Assembly (NCBI GenBank): GCA_040902195.1
Contig: JBBDXS010000014.1
Span: 143,725-207,724, forward strand
DNA length: 64,000 nt
From: Dehalococcoidia bacterium
GTDB taxonomy: Bacteria; Chloroflexota; Dehalococcoidia; DSTF01; RBG-16-68-14
Reading direction: 5' to 3'
How positions within the stretch are numbered: the first letter of the stretch is position 1; the number at the start of each line of letters is the position of its first letter. The notes beneath the pieces were generated by a model. The model searched no databases and was not told the DNA's origin. It was given only the letters and a program-made list of their open reading frames with translations. Shown here piece by piece: positions 8,750-17,111 of the stretch. The position numbers were made by a program, and so were the translations under genes.

Positions 8750-10363
8750 ATGTCGCTGAACGCTCGAACGCTCGCGGCGCAGCCCAGCGCGCCGGCGCGC
8801 ACCCGGCCCGTCGATCTGGACACAGCGGTCTTCTGGACATCAGTGGTCGCGATCGCGGCGACGGCGCTTGTGCTGCGCCTGTACCACCTCGTGAGCTATG
8901 TGGCGTTCTACCCGGACTCGTACGGCCAGCTGCGCGCGGCCGAGAACCTGGCCTCGCTCCAGTTCCCGATCTCGTACTATTACCCGCCGGGGATCGCGCT
9001 GTTCCTGGCGCCATTCTTCGCGGTCCTACCCGACTCGTTGCTGACGATGCAGATCGCGATCTTGGCAGCGGGGCTGGCGCTGGTCGGCGTGGCGTACGCC
9101 TGGGGCGTGGCCGCGACGGGCGACCGGCGCGCGGCGCTGATCTACGCGTTCGCCGTGGCGATCGGCGCGACGTTCGTCTTTCACTCGCGCATCGCGCTGT
9201 TCGAGGTGATCAATACGCTGCTTATCGCCTCGTCGCTGTGGCTGGCGCCGGCGGCCGTTCGGCGCGGGCCCGCGGCCTGGGTCGGATACGGCGTACTCGC
9301 CTTCGCGATGGTCACGGCGCGCTATACGAACGTGATCGTGCTGCCCGCGCTCGTGCTGGCAGCGATGGGCGGGAGCGCGCAGCGTCCGTCGTGGCGACAA
9401 GCCATCGCGATCGCGCGGTCGCCGGCCGCGCTGGTTGCCGGGCTGGTCGTGCTGGCGCTGGGGGCTGTGTACATCGGCACCGCGCACGAAAACCTGACGC
9501 GCTTCACGAGCTCCGAGAACGCGAGCATCGTCGGCTTCGACGGCTACGGCGCGCGGCTGCTCTACTACACGCAGGCGAGCCTGAACGGCTACAGCGCGGA
9601 CCTGGGCTTCACGGAGAGCGTCGCCGCGGGCGTGCTGCTGGCGCTGGCGCTCGTGGGCGCGCAGCGACTCTGGCGCAGCAATCCCAGCCTGCTGGTCGCG
9701 ATCGTCTATCTGGCGGCCGTCTGGGGCCCTGTCCACGCCCTGTACGAGGGCGCCTACCTCCCGTGGATCCCGCGTTACGCGACGGCCGTCTACTTCATTC
9801 TGCTGCTGCCAGCGTCGATCGGTCTCTCGGCGGCGCTCGACGGCTGGCAGCGTCTCGACCGGCCGTGGCAGCGCGTGCCGGCGGCGGGCTTCCTGGCACT
9901 GTCGGTTACGCTGGTGGCAAGCGCGCAGCTCTCGCAAGACCTGACGTTCTTCTCGCAGCTGTACGACTCGCCCGCCGCGCGGACCGAGGCTTCGTTCGCG
10001 GAGATCCGGCGCGCGCTGCGCGAGACGGATGGCGAGAACGCGCTGCTCATCTCGAGCCAGATCCTCGCCGTCGACCGCGCCAACCCGGAGATGGACGGCT
10101 TCGATCTGGCGCGCCACTCCAGCAGTTATGGGATCAACGATGACTCGGTCCGGCGCTTCGTCGCCTACGTCGACGAGCAGCTCGCCAAGGGCAGGACCGT
10201 CTACTACTACTACACGCCATACGAGGCGGCGCAATCGAAGTTGCATCGCTACGAGCTGGGGTTCGACGCGTACTTCAGCGGCCTCCAGGAGCACTTCTCG
10301 CTGGTAGAGCTGGCACGCGTGGACGAGCGGCCGCACAGGCTGTATCTCGTCGAGCCGCCCTAG
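8750..10363 (+). CDS. Polytopic GT-C-type membrane glycosyltransferase (ArnT/PMT-like), tentative
   Basis: 537 aa, with >10 predicted TM helices followed by a soluble C-terminal domain. First-loop acidic motif FYPDSYGQ. Sits next to PAP2 and nucleotidyltransferase genes. Family call is by architecture only. Confidence 0.5.
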   Translation: MSLNARTLAAQPSAPARTRPVDLDTAVFWTSVVAIAATALVLRLYHLVSYVAFYPDSYGQLRAAENLASLQFPISYYYPPGIALFLAPFFAVLPDSLLTMQIAILAAGLALVGVAYAWGVAATGDRRAALIYAFAVAIGATFVFHSRIALFEVINTLLIASSLWLAPAAVRRGPAAWVGYGVLAFAMVTARYTNVIVLPALVLAAMGGSAQRPSWRQAIAIARSPAALVAGLVVLALGAVYIGTAHENLTRFTSSENASIVGFDGYGARLLYYTQASLNGYSADLGFTESVAAGVLLALALVGAQRLWRSNPSLLVAIVYLAAVWGPVHALYEGAYLPWIPRYATAVYFILLLPASIGLSAALDGWQRLDRPWQRVPAAGFLALSVTLVASAQLSQDLTFFSQLYDSPAARTEASFAEIRRALRETDGENALLISSQILAVDRANPEMDGFDLARHSSSYGINDDSVRRFVAYVDEQLAKGRTVYYYYTPYEAAQSKLHRYELGFDAYFSGLQEHFSLVELARVDERPHRLYLVEPP

Positions 10364-10402
10364 CCCCTCGACCCGATAGGCAAAGCCTTCTATCATGGCC
10401 CC

Positions 10403-10831
10403 GTGGGGCGCATGCTCGGTCTCGATGTTGGAGAGCGGCGGATCGGTGTCGCCGTGTCCGTGCCGGAAGGAACGCTCGCCGTGCCGCTGCGCATTATCGT
10501 TCGCGAGAGCGACGATGCTGCGCTGCAGGCGATCGCGGAGCTGGCGCGCGACGAGCGCGCCGAGGCGCTGGTGGTGGGATTCCCGCGCTCTTTGGACGGC
10601 ACGGTTGGAGCGCAGGCGCGGCGCGTCGAGGAGTTCGCGCAGCGCGCCGGCGAAGCGTGCCACCTGCCGGTCGAGCTGTGGGACGAACGGCTGACGTCGA
10701 AGCAGGCTGAACGTCTGGCGCCCGGCGCGAAGCGATCGCGGCGGAGGGCGCCCAAGGACGACCTGGCGGCGGCGATCATCCTGCAAAGCTACTTGGACCG
10801 CCGGGCGAACAGCGAGAACCGGCCGGCGTGA
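10403..10831 (+). CDS. ruvX: Holliday-junction resolvase-like nuclease RuvX (YqgF)
   Basis: MLGLDVGERRIGVAVS... and ALVVGFPRSLDGTVG..., WDERLTS are YqgF signatures. GTG 10403 is the track start; an alternative in-frame ATG lies at 10412. Confidence 0.9.
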   Translation: MGRMLGLDVGERRIGVAVSVPEGTLAVPLRIIVRESDDAALQAIAELARDERAEALVVGFPRSLDGTVGAQARRVEEFAQRAGEACHLPVELWDERLTSKQAERLAPGAKRSRRRAPKDDLAAAIILQSYLDRRANSENRPA

Positions 10832-11910
10832 GAGACCGATTCGCCGTGCCTGCCATGGTCGCGTTGGGCTTCGTCGTCATGCTCCTGGCCGGCGGCTGGC
10901 TGCTACGCGGCACGCCGGGGACGCTGGTCAACGAAGCACCGGACCGCAGCGGGCCGACGCCCGGCCTCGAGGGCGACACGGTCGTCGTCACGATCGAGGA
11001 AGGCGACAGCGCATCGGCGATCGGCACGAAGCTACAGGACGCGGGCGTCATCGAGAGCGCGCCGCTGTTTCGTGTTCTGACGTCTCTCATGGGCGAGGGC
11101 GACCACCTCGCGCCGGGCGTTTACGAGTTCACGCGCGGCACGACGGCGCTCTCCGCGGTCCAACGCATCAGTCAGGGAATCACGGCGGCGAACATCGTGA
11201 CGTTCCCGGAGGGACTCCGCGTCAACGAGTTCGCGGACATCCTTGAGCAAAACGGCGTCGTCGAAGCGAATTTCTTCCGCCTTGCGCAGCTAGAGCAGTA
11301 CCAGGGCTCGTTCCTGTCCGAGCTGCCGTTCGGCGCTGGCGTCGAGGGCTTCTTGTTCCCGGCAACGTACGGCTTCCGGGTCAACGAGCCGGTGCACGAC
11401 GTGCTGCAGCAAATGCTCCATGCGTTCGACCAGCGCTATCAGGAGGAGATCCTGCCCCGTCTACCTGCGTCCGGCCGGCCGCTCTACGAGATCATCACAC
11501 TCGCATCGATCATCGAGCGGGAGGCGCAGGTACCGTCAGAGCGGCCGATCATCGCGAGCGTCTTCATCAACCGCCTGAACCAGGACTTCCCGCTTCAGGC
11601 CGACCCGACGGTGCAGTACGCGCTGGGGAGCGACCCGGCGAACGTGGCGCAGTTCGGCGTTTGGAAGCAGGATCTGAGCGCGGCTGACCTGGAGATCCCG
11701 TCGCCGTATAATACATACGTCTTCGCGGGGCTGCCTCCGGGTCCGATTTCCAACCCGGGCCTCGATTCGATTCTCGCCGCGCTGGAGCCCGCCCGGACGA
11801 ACTATCTCTTTTTCGTGGCGCGGGAAGACGGCAGCCACGTCTTCGCGGAGACGCTGGAGGAGCACAATACCAACGTCTGCACCGTCTATCCGGAACGTCC
11901 GGAGTGCTAG
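10828..11910 (+). CDS. mltG: Endolytic murein transglycosylase MltG (YceG)
   Basis: N-terminal TM helix, ASIIEREAQVPSERPIIASVFINRL, SPYNTYVFAGLPPGPISNPG, LFFVAREDGSHVFAETLEEHN. GTGA overlap with the ruvX stop. Confidence 0.9.
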   Translation: MRDRFAVPAMVALGFVVMLLAGGWLLRGTPGTLVNEAPDRSGPTPGLEGDTVVVTIEEGDSASAIGTKLQDAGVIESAPLFRVLTSLMGEGDHLAPGVYEFTRGTTALSAVQRISQGITAANIVTFPEGLRVNEFADILEQNGVVEANFFRLAQLEQYQGSFLSELPFGAGVEGFLFPATYGFRVNEPVHDVLQQMLHAFDQRYQEEILPRLPASGRPLYEIITLASIIEREAQVPSERPIIASVFINRLNQDFPLQADPTVQYALGSDPANVAQFGVWKQDLSAADLEIPSPYNTYVFAGLPPGPISNPGLDSILAALEPARTNYLFFVAREDGSHVFAETLEEHNTNVCTVYPERPEC

Positions 11911-11923
11911 CGAGGAGCGCCGC

Positions 11924-12769
11924 GTGAAACGCGAAGGTGTGATCGGTTATCCGCTGAGCCACTCGCTGAGCCCGACGATCTTCCAGGCTGCGTTCGACGC
12001 GGCGGGCTTCGAGGCGCGCTACGAGAAGTGGCCGACGCCGCCGGAGGACATCGAGCCGCGCATGGCGTCTCTGCGCGAAGACGACGTGTTCGGCGGGAAC
12101 GTGACGATCCCGCACAAGGAGGCCGTGATCCCGCATCTCGATCGCCTCGACCCGCTGGCGGAGCGCATCGGGGCGGTGAACACGATCGTGAACGAAGGCG
12201 GTCGATTGGCCGGCTACAACACGGACGTGCCCGGCTTCGCGCGTTCGCTGCGCGAGGACGCCGCCTTCGACGCGCGAGGCTGCCGCGCGGTCGTGCTGGG
12301 GGCAGGCGGAGCGGCGCGCGCGATCGTCGTCGCGCTTATCGAACACGGCGCGGCGCGCATCGACGTCGTCGGGCGCACAACGGCTCGTGTCGAGAAGCTC
12401 GTCTCGGACCTAGACGCGCAGGCAGGCTCGACGGCGCTCGCGGCGGGCGACGAGGCGTCGCTGCGCGAAGCGGACCTGATCGTGAACTGCACGCCGCTCG
12501 GAACGCGCGGAAGCGCCGGCGAGGGCCAGTCGCCCATCGAGGCGCGGCAGATCCCGCGTGACGCTGTCGTGTTCGACCTGGTGTACAACCCTCCCGACAC
12601 GCCGCTGGTGCTCGCCGCTCGCGACGCTGGCGCGCGAGGCGCCTCAGGGCTCGGCATGCTTGTCTACCAGGCGGCAGAATCGTTCCGTCTCTGGACGGGG
12701 GATGACGCGCCGGCCGCTGTGATGTTCGAGGCCGGTCGCGCCGCGCTGGGCGTTGGAGTGGCGCGATGA
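11924..12769 (+). CDS. aroE: Shikimate dehydrogenase
   Basis: VIGYPLSHSLSPTIFQAAF..., GGNVTIPHK, and Rossmann motif VLGAGGAARA. 281 aa. Confidence 0.9.
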   Translation: MKREGVIGYPLSHSLSPTIFQAAFDAAGFEARYEKWPTPPEDIEPRMASLREDDVFGGNVTIPHKEAVIPHLDRLDPLAERIGAVNTIVNEGGRLAGYNTDVPGFARSLREDAAFDARGCRAVVLGAGGAARAIVVALIEHGAARIDVVGRTTARVEKLVSDLDAQAGSTALAAGDEASLREADLIVNCTPLGTRGSAGEGQSPIEARQIPRDAVVFDLVYNPPDTPLVLAARDAGARGASGLGMLVYQAAESFRLWTGDDAPAAVMFEAGRAALGVGVAR

Positions 12770-13317
12770 AGATCCAGCTTGCCCTTGCGCTCGCTATTGC
12801 GCTCGTAGTGCTTGGAAGTAGAAGTGCCCTCGCTCAGGAGGACCCTAAGGAAGGGGTGTTTGGCCTCAATGTAGAAAGTGCAGACGGCAGCAGCCTGCAC
12901 TTTTCCTGGAACGATGTCGAGGGCGCGAGCACATATCATGTTCAGGGCTCCGTCGACTACTGGCCTTTGCCCTTGTGTCCGCGCGTCGGAGGTTTCGATA
13001 ACGAGCTTGTCACCTTTGACGAGGAGTTGCCTGCAGGGCTCACTTCCTTCGATACGCCCGGCTCTTCGCGGCAAGACATGGCGTTTAAGAGCTACATGTT
13101 CACGATCGAGGCGCTCGACGCTGACGGGGAAGTGATCGAGCAAGATGGCACGACTTCCCAGAGCGACCCGTTCTGCTCGCTGCCAGAGGTGGCGGACGCT
13201 GGAATGGGGGCCACCCCGGAAGATAGTCCGCTGCTACTCGCGGCGCTGGCCCTCGCCGCGTTGGGTGCAATGGCGATTGCGGGCGGAGCCGCGCTCCGCA
13301 CGAGGCGCGCGCGATGA
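12766..13317 (+). CDS. Secreted, C-terminally anchored protein with FN3-like segment (unknown function)
   Basis: Signal peptide MKIQLALALAIALVVLGSRSALA. LHFSWNDVEGASTYHVQG resembles an FN3 strand motif. C-terminal TPEDSP-LLLAALALAALGAMAIAGGAAL-RTRRAR tail. GGAG SD. ATGA overlaps on both sides. Visibly more A/T-ending codons than its neighbours. Confidence 0.55.
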   Translation: MKIQLALALAIALVVLGSRSALAQEDPKEGVFGLNVESADGSSLHFSWNDVEGASTYHVQGSVDYWPLPLCPRVGGFDNELVTFDEELPAGLTSFDTPGSSRQDMAFKSYMFTIEALDADGEVIEQDGTTSQSDPFCSLPEVADAGMGATPEDSPLLLAALALAALGAMAIAGGAALRTRRAR

Positions 13318-13964
13318 CCTGGGGGATCACGATAGGCATCATCATTATCATGGGCCTCTTTGCGTTCATCGGGCTTATCGTGTTCAAAGAGGCACGGACG
13401 CACCGGTTCTGGCAGAGCAAGGTGGAGGAAGGCGATCTGGACATGATCACGCAGCTCGTGCAGGCCGAGGTGGAACGCTGGCGCACGGAGCGCCCGCCGA
13501 AGGGCATGCCCGCCACCGTCTGGCAGGGCATCCAGGGCGTCGAGGTCATCGAGATCGCGGCGGACTACCTGCACGTCTCGAGCACGGCCGAGCCGCAGTT
13601 CGCGCTCGTCGGCGGACAGCGTCGACAGGTGAGCAGCGCTGTCGATGAGGCGAAGCGGATCACCGCACGGCTGGCCGAGCGGCTGTTCTACGACATCCCA
13701 CACATCCGCGCGGAGCGCGTACAGATCGATGTCTACACGACGTTCCACGAGCCGGACGGCGCCGCGGCGCAGCGATGCGTGCTCAGCGTACTCGCAGAAC
13801 GCGCGGTCGCGGCGGCAGCCGATTGGGACAACGACCCGCCGGAAGTGATCGCGGAGCAGCTCGGCGTGCAGTACCGGCTCGACGAACGCGGTCTGCCGCA
13901 GCCGATCGAGCCGGGGAGCGTGCGCGTGAGCACGAACGGCCACGGGACGGAGTCGAAGACATGA
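13314..13964 (+). CDS. N-terminally membrane-anchored hypothetical protein
   Basis: 216 aa. TM helix ITIGIIIIMGLFAFIGLIVF followed by a soluble domain with no motif I recognise. High GC3. ATGA overlaps with the upstream ORF and with aroC. Confidence 0.55.
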   Translation: MTWGITIGIIIIMGLFAFIGLIVFKEARTHRFWQSKVEEGDLDMITQLVQAEVERWRTERPPKGMPATVWQGIQGVEVIEIAADYLHVSSTAEPQFALVGGQRRQVSSAVDEAKRITARLAERLFYDIPHIRAERVQIDVYTTFHEPDGAAAQRCVLSVLAERAVAAAADWDNDPPEVIAEQLGVQYRLDERGLPQPIEPGSVRVSTNGHGTESKT

Positions 13965-15169
13965 CAACGTTGCGCTACCTGACCGCCGGCGAATCGCACG
14001 GCAAGGGACTGTCCGTGATCATCGACGGCATCCCGGCGGGGCTGGAGCTATCGGAGGACTACATCGCAGTCGATCTGCGCAGGCGGCAGGGCGGCTACGG
14101 ACGCGGACGCCGCCAGCAGATCGAGCAGGACCGCGCGGAGATCCGCTCCGGCGTGCGGCACGGCAAGACGCTCGGCAGCCCGATTGCGCTACTGGTGGAG
14201 AACAAGGACTGGGTGAACTGGCAGGAGAAGATGGCTGTCGAGGAAGTCGACGAGCTGGTCGAGAAGGTGACGCGCCTTCGCCCCGGCCACGCCGACCTCG
14301 CAGGTATCGTGAAATACGGCTTCGATGACGTGCGGCCGATCCTCGAACGCGCAAGCGCGAGAGAGACGGCGGCGCGCGTCGCGGTAGGCGCCGTGGCGAG
14401 GCGGTTCCTCGAAGAGTTCGGCGTCGCGCTGCACAGCCATACCATCGCCATCGATGGCGTCGAGGCGCAAATCGAAGGCGAGCCGGACTGGGAGCGCGTC
14501 GAATCTTCGCCGGTGCGCTGCGCGGACGTTGCCGCGGAAAAACGGATGATCACCGCGATCGACTCCGCGCGCAACGACGGCGACAGCCTCGGCGGCATCA
14601 TCGAGGTGCGCGCGAGCAACGTGCCGATCGGGCTCGGCAGCCACGTCCACTGGGACCGTAAGATCGACGCGCGCATCGCGCAGGCGATGATGAGCATCAA
14701 CGCCGTGAAGGGTGTCGAGATCGGCATCGGCTTTGCAGGCGCGGTGCTGCGCGGCTCGCAGGTGCACGACGTGATCCTGCCCATCGACAAGTGGGGAGAG
14801 AAGCCGTGGCGTCGCGCGACGAACCGTATGGGCGGGACGGAGGGCGGCATGACGAACGGCGAGGACGTGATCGTGCGGCTGGCGCTCAAGCCGATCGCGA
14901 CGCTGCCGCGCTCGCTGCCGTCGGCGGACCTACGCACGGGCGAGGAGATCCCGGCGCACTACGAGCGCAGCGACGTCGCTGTCGCGCCGGCGGCGGGCGT
15001 CATCGGCGAAGCGATGCTGGCGATCGTGCTGGCGGAAGGCGCGCTGGAGAAGTTCGGCGGCGACCACATCGATGAGACGCTGCGCAACTACCACTCGTAC
15101 CTGAAGACGACGGGCCCGCGCGGCGGCGAGGCCGTACCCCCGGCGGACGAAGAAACGACCGAGGTCTAG
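13961..15169 (+). CDS. aroC: Chorismate synthase
   Basis: Track ORF 13775..15169 trimmed to ATG 13961 (MTTLRYLTAGESHGKGLSVIIDGIPAG...). Also RRQGGYGRGRRQ and SARETAARV motifs. Confidence 0.95.
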   Translation: MTTLRYLTAGESHGKGLSVIIDGIPAGLELSEDYIAVDLRRRQGGYGRGRRQQIEQDRAEIRSGVRHGKTLGSPIALLVENKDWVNWQEKMAVEEVDELVEKVTRLRPGHADLAGIVKYGFDDVRPILERASARETAARVAVGAVARRFLEEFGVALHSHTIAIDGVEAQIEGEPDWERVESSPVRCADVAAEKRMITAIDSARNDGDSLGGIIEVRASNVPIGLGSHVHWDRKIDARIAQAMMSINAVKGVEIGIGFAGAVLRGSQVHDVILPIDKWGEKPWRRATNRMGGTEGGMTNGEDVIVRLALKPIATLPRSLPSADLRTGEEIPAHYERSDVAVAPAAGVIGEAMLAIVLAEGALEKFGGDHIDETLRNYHSYLKTTGPRGGEAVPPADEETTEV

Positions 15170-15198
15170 CGGGACGACCTCGCGGTACAATCTCTCTC

Positions 15199-16899
15199 AT
15201 GTGCGCAGCCACTAGCCTCCCCTACCGGCGCATATTCCTTACCGGCTTCTCCGGCACCGGCAAGTCGACGGTGGCGGAGCTTGTCGCGAAGGAGCTGGGC
15301 TGGCGCGCGCTCGACACCGACACGCTGATCGAGGAGGCGGCCGCGCTACCGGTGTCGGAGATCTTCGCGGAGCACGGCGAGGAGCGGTTCCGCGAGATGG
15401 AGCGCCACGCCGTCGAGCGCGCAGCGAAAGAGCGCGACGCCGTGATCGCGACGGGCGGCGGCGCAATCGTCGCGATCGAGAACCGGCGCGCGATGGCGAA
15501 GGACGCGCTCGTGGTGGCGCTCGACGCGCGGCCGCAGACGATCGTCGACAGGCTACGCAGCAACGAAGGCACATCGGAGCGGCCGCTGCTCCAGGGCCCC
15601 GACCCGCTCGCGCGCATCATCGAGCTGAAGGCGGCGCGGGAGCACGTCTACGCGCTCGCAGACACGATCGTCGAGACTGAAGGCAAGACAGCCCGCGAGG
15701 TTGCACAAGCAGTCGTCGAAGCGGTGCGCGGCGCGGGCGAATGGGCGTCGCGCCATCCGGAGCGACTGCTGCTGCCATCGGAGCGGGAAGCCCCGCCATC
15801 GACGGCACCGGTACGCGTCGATGCGCCGTCGCGCGAGTACGAGGTCCATGCCGGTTGGGGGCTGCTCGACAGGCTGGGCGAGCTACTGCGCGACCAGGGG
15901 CTGTCCGGCGCCGCGCACGTCGTGAGCGATACGAACGTCCTGTCGCGACACGGCGACCGCGCGCTGCTTTCGTTGCGCCGCGCGGGATTCGATGCGGAGG
16001 CGTTCGCGATCGAGGCGGGCGAGGAGCACAAGCGGCTCGAGACGGCGGCGCGCGTGTACGACTGGCTCGTCTCACGCCGCGCCGAACGCGGACAGGCGAT
16101 CGTCGCGCTGGGCGGCGGCGTCGTGGGCGATCTGGCGGGCTTCGTTGCGGCGACGTACCTGCGCGGCATGCCGCTCGTGCAGGCGCCGACGACGCTGCTC
16201 GCGATGGGCGACGCGGCGATCGGGGGCAAGACAGCGGTCGATCACCGCGAGGGGAAGAACCTCATCGGCGCGTTCTACCAGCCGCGGCTCGTCGTCGAGG
16301 ACGTGTCGGCGCTGAAGACGCTGCCGCACCGCTTACTGATCGAGGGCTTCGCCGAGGTGATCAAGCACGCGCTGATCCTCGACGCGCAACTCCTGGACGA
16401 CCTCGAATCGCACGTAGACGACCTGCTGCACATCGAGCCCGCGACGACCGTCGATGTGCTGCGGCGCAGCGTCGCGATCAAGGCGTCGATAGTGGCGCAA
16501 GACGAACGCGAGACGACGGGCCTGCGCGCGCTCCTCAACTACGGCCATACGACCGGCCACGCGATCGAGGCGGCGGCGGCCTACGCGATAGGCCACGGCG
16601 CGGCGGACGCGATCGGGATGATGGCGGCAGCCGAGATCGGCCGGCGCGCGGGCGTCACAACGCAGCATGTCATCGACAGGCAACGGGCGGTGCTGGAGCG
16701 CTTCGGCCTGCCGCTGCGCGCGCGCGACGCGGGCTTGTCGCTGGACGCAGACGCCGTGCTGGACGCGATGACGCTCGACAAGAAGGTCACGGACGGCACG
16801 ATACGCTGGGTACTGGTCGAGGACGCCGGGCGCGCCGTCCTGCGCAGCGACGTGTCGATGGACATCGTGCGGGATGTTGTACGGGAGGTATTGGCATGA
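15199..16899 (+). CDS. aroKB: Bifunctional shikimate kinase / 3-dehydroquinate synthase (AroK-AroB fusion)
   Basis: N-terminal P-loop FLTGFSGTGKSTVAELVAKELGWRALDTD (shikimate kinase, ~170 aa) is fused in one 566-aa ORF to an AroB domain (GGGVVGDLAGFVAATYLRGMPLVQAPTTLLAM, GKNLIGAFYQP, LNYGHTTGHAIE). Confidence 0.9.
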   Translation: MCAATSLPYRRIFLTGFSGTGKSTVAELVAKELGWRALDTDTLIEEAAALPVSEIFAEHGEERFREMERHAVERAAKERDAVIATGGGAIVAIENRRAMAKDALVVALDARPQTIVDRLRSNEGTSERPLLQGPDPLARIIELKAAREHVYALADTIVETEGKTAREVAQAVVEAVRGAGEWASRHPERLLLPSEREAPPSTAPVRVDAPSREYEVHAGWGLLDRLGELLRDQGLSGAAHVVSDTNVLSRHGDRALLSLRRAGFDAEAFAIEAGEEHKRLETAARVYDWLVSRRAERGQAIVALGGGVVGDLAGFVAATYLRGMPLVQAPTTLLAMGDAAIGGKTAVDHREGKNLIGAFYQPRLVVEDVSALKTLPHRLLIEGFAEVIKHALILDAQLLDDLESHVDDLLHIEPATTVDVLRRSVAIKASIVAQDERETTGLRALLNYGHTTGHAIEAAAAYAIGHGAADAIGMMAAAEIGRRAGVTTQHVIDRQRAVLERFGLPLRARDAGLSLDADAVLDAMTLDKKVTDGTIRWVLVEDAGRAVLRSDVSMDIVRDVVREVLA

Positions 16900-17093
16900 A
16901 TTGGGGTCAACCGATCTACGAAGCGACGATGGTCCGGGCGCGTGAGCGCGGAAGGCCACTCTCGCGGTTGAGGCGAGGCTTGTTCTGGGCGTTCCTCTTA
17001 CTTGCACTCTGTTCGATCTTGGCCTTCCTGTTCTTCGCGCACTTCATGCCGCCGACGCCTCTGCCCGGGTGCCAAGTGGCATTTTGCGACTGA
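16896..17093 (+). CDS. Small membrane protein (65 aa), hypothetical
   Basis: ATG 16896 overlaps the aroKB stop (ATGA). MNWGQPIYEATMVRARERGRPLSRLRRGLFWAFLLLALCSILAFLFFAHFMPPTPLPGCQVAFCD has one TM helix and a C-terminal CxxxxC. It is the in-frame tail of shadow ORF 15741..17093. Confidence 0.4.
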   Translation: MNWGQPIYEATMVRARERGRPLSRLRRGLFWAFLLLALCSILAFLFFAHFMPPTPLPGCQVAFCD

Positions 17094-17111
17094 TCTCCAG
17101 CGCAAAGCGTC

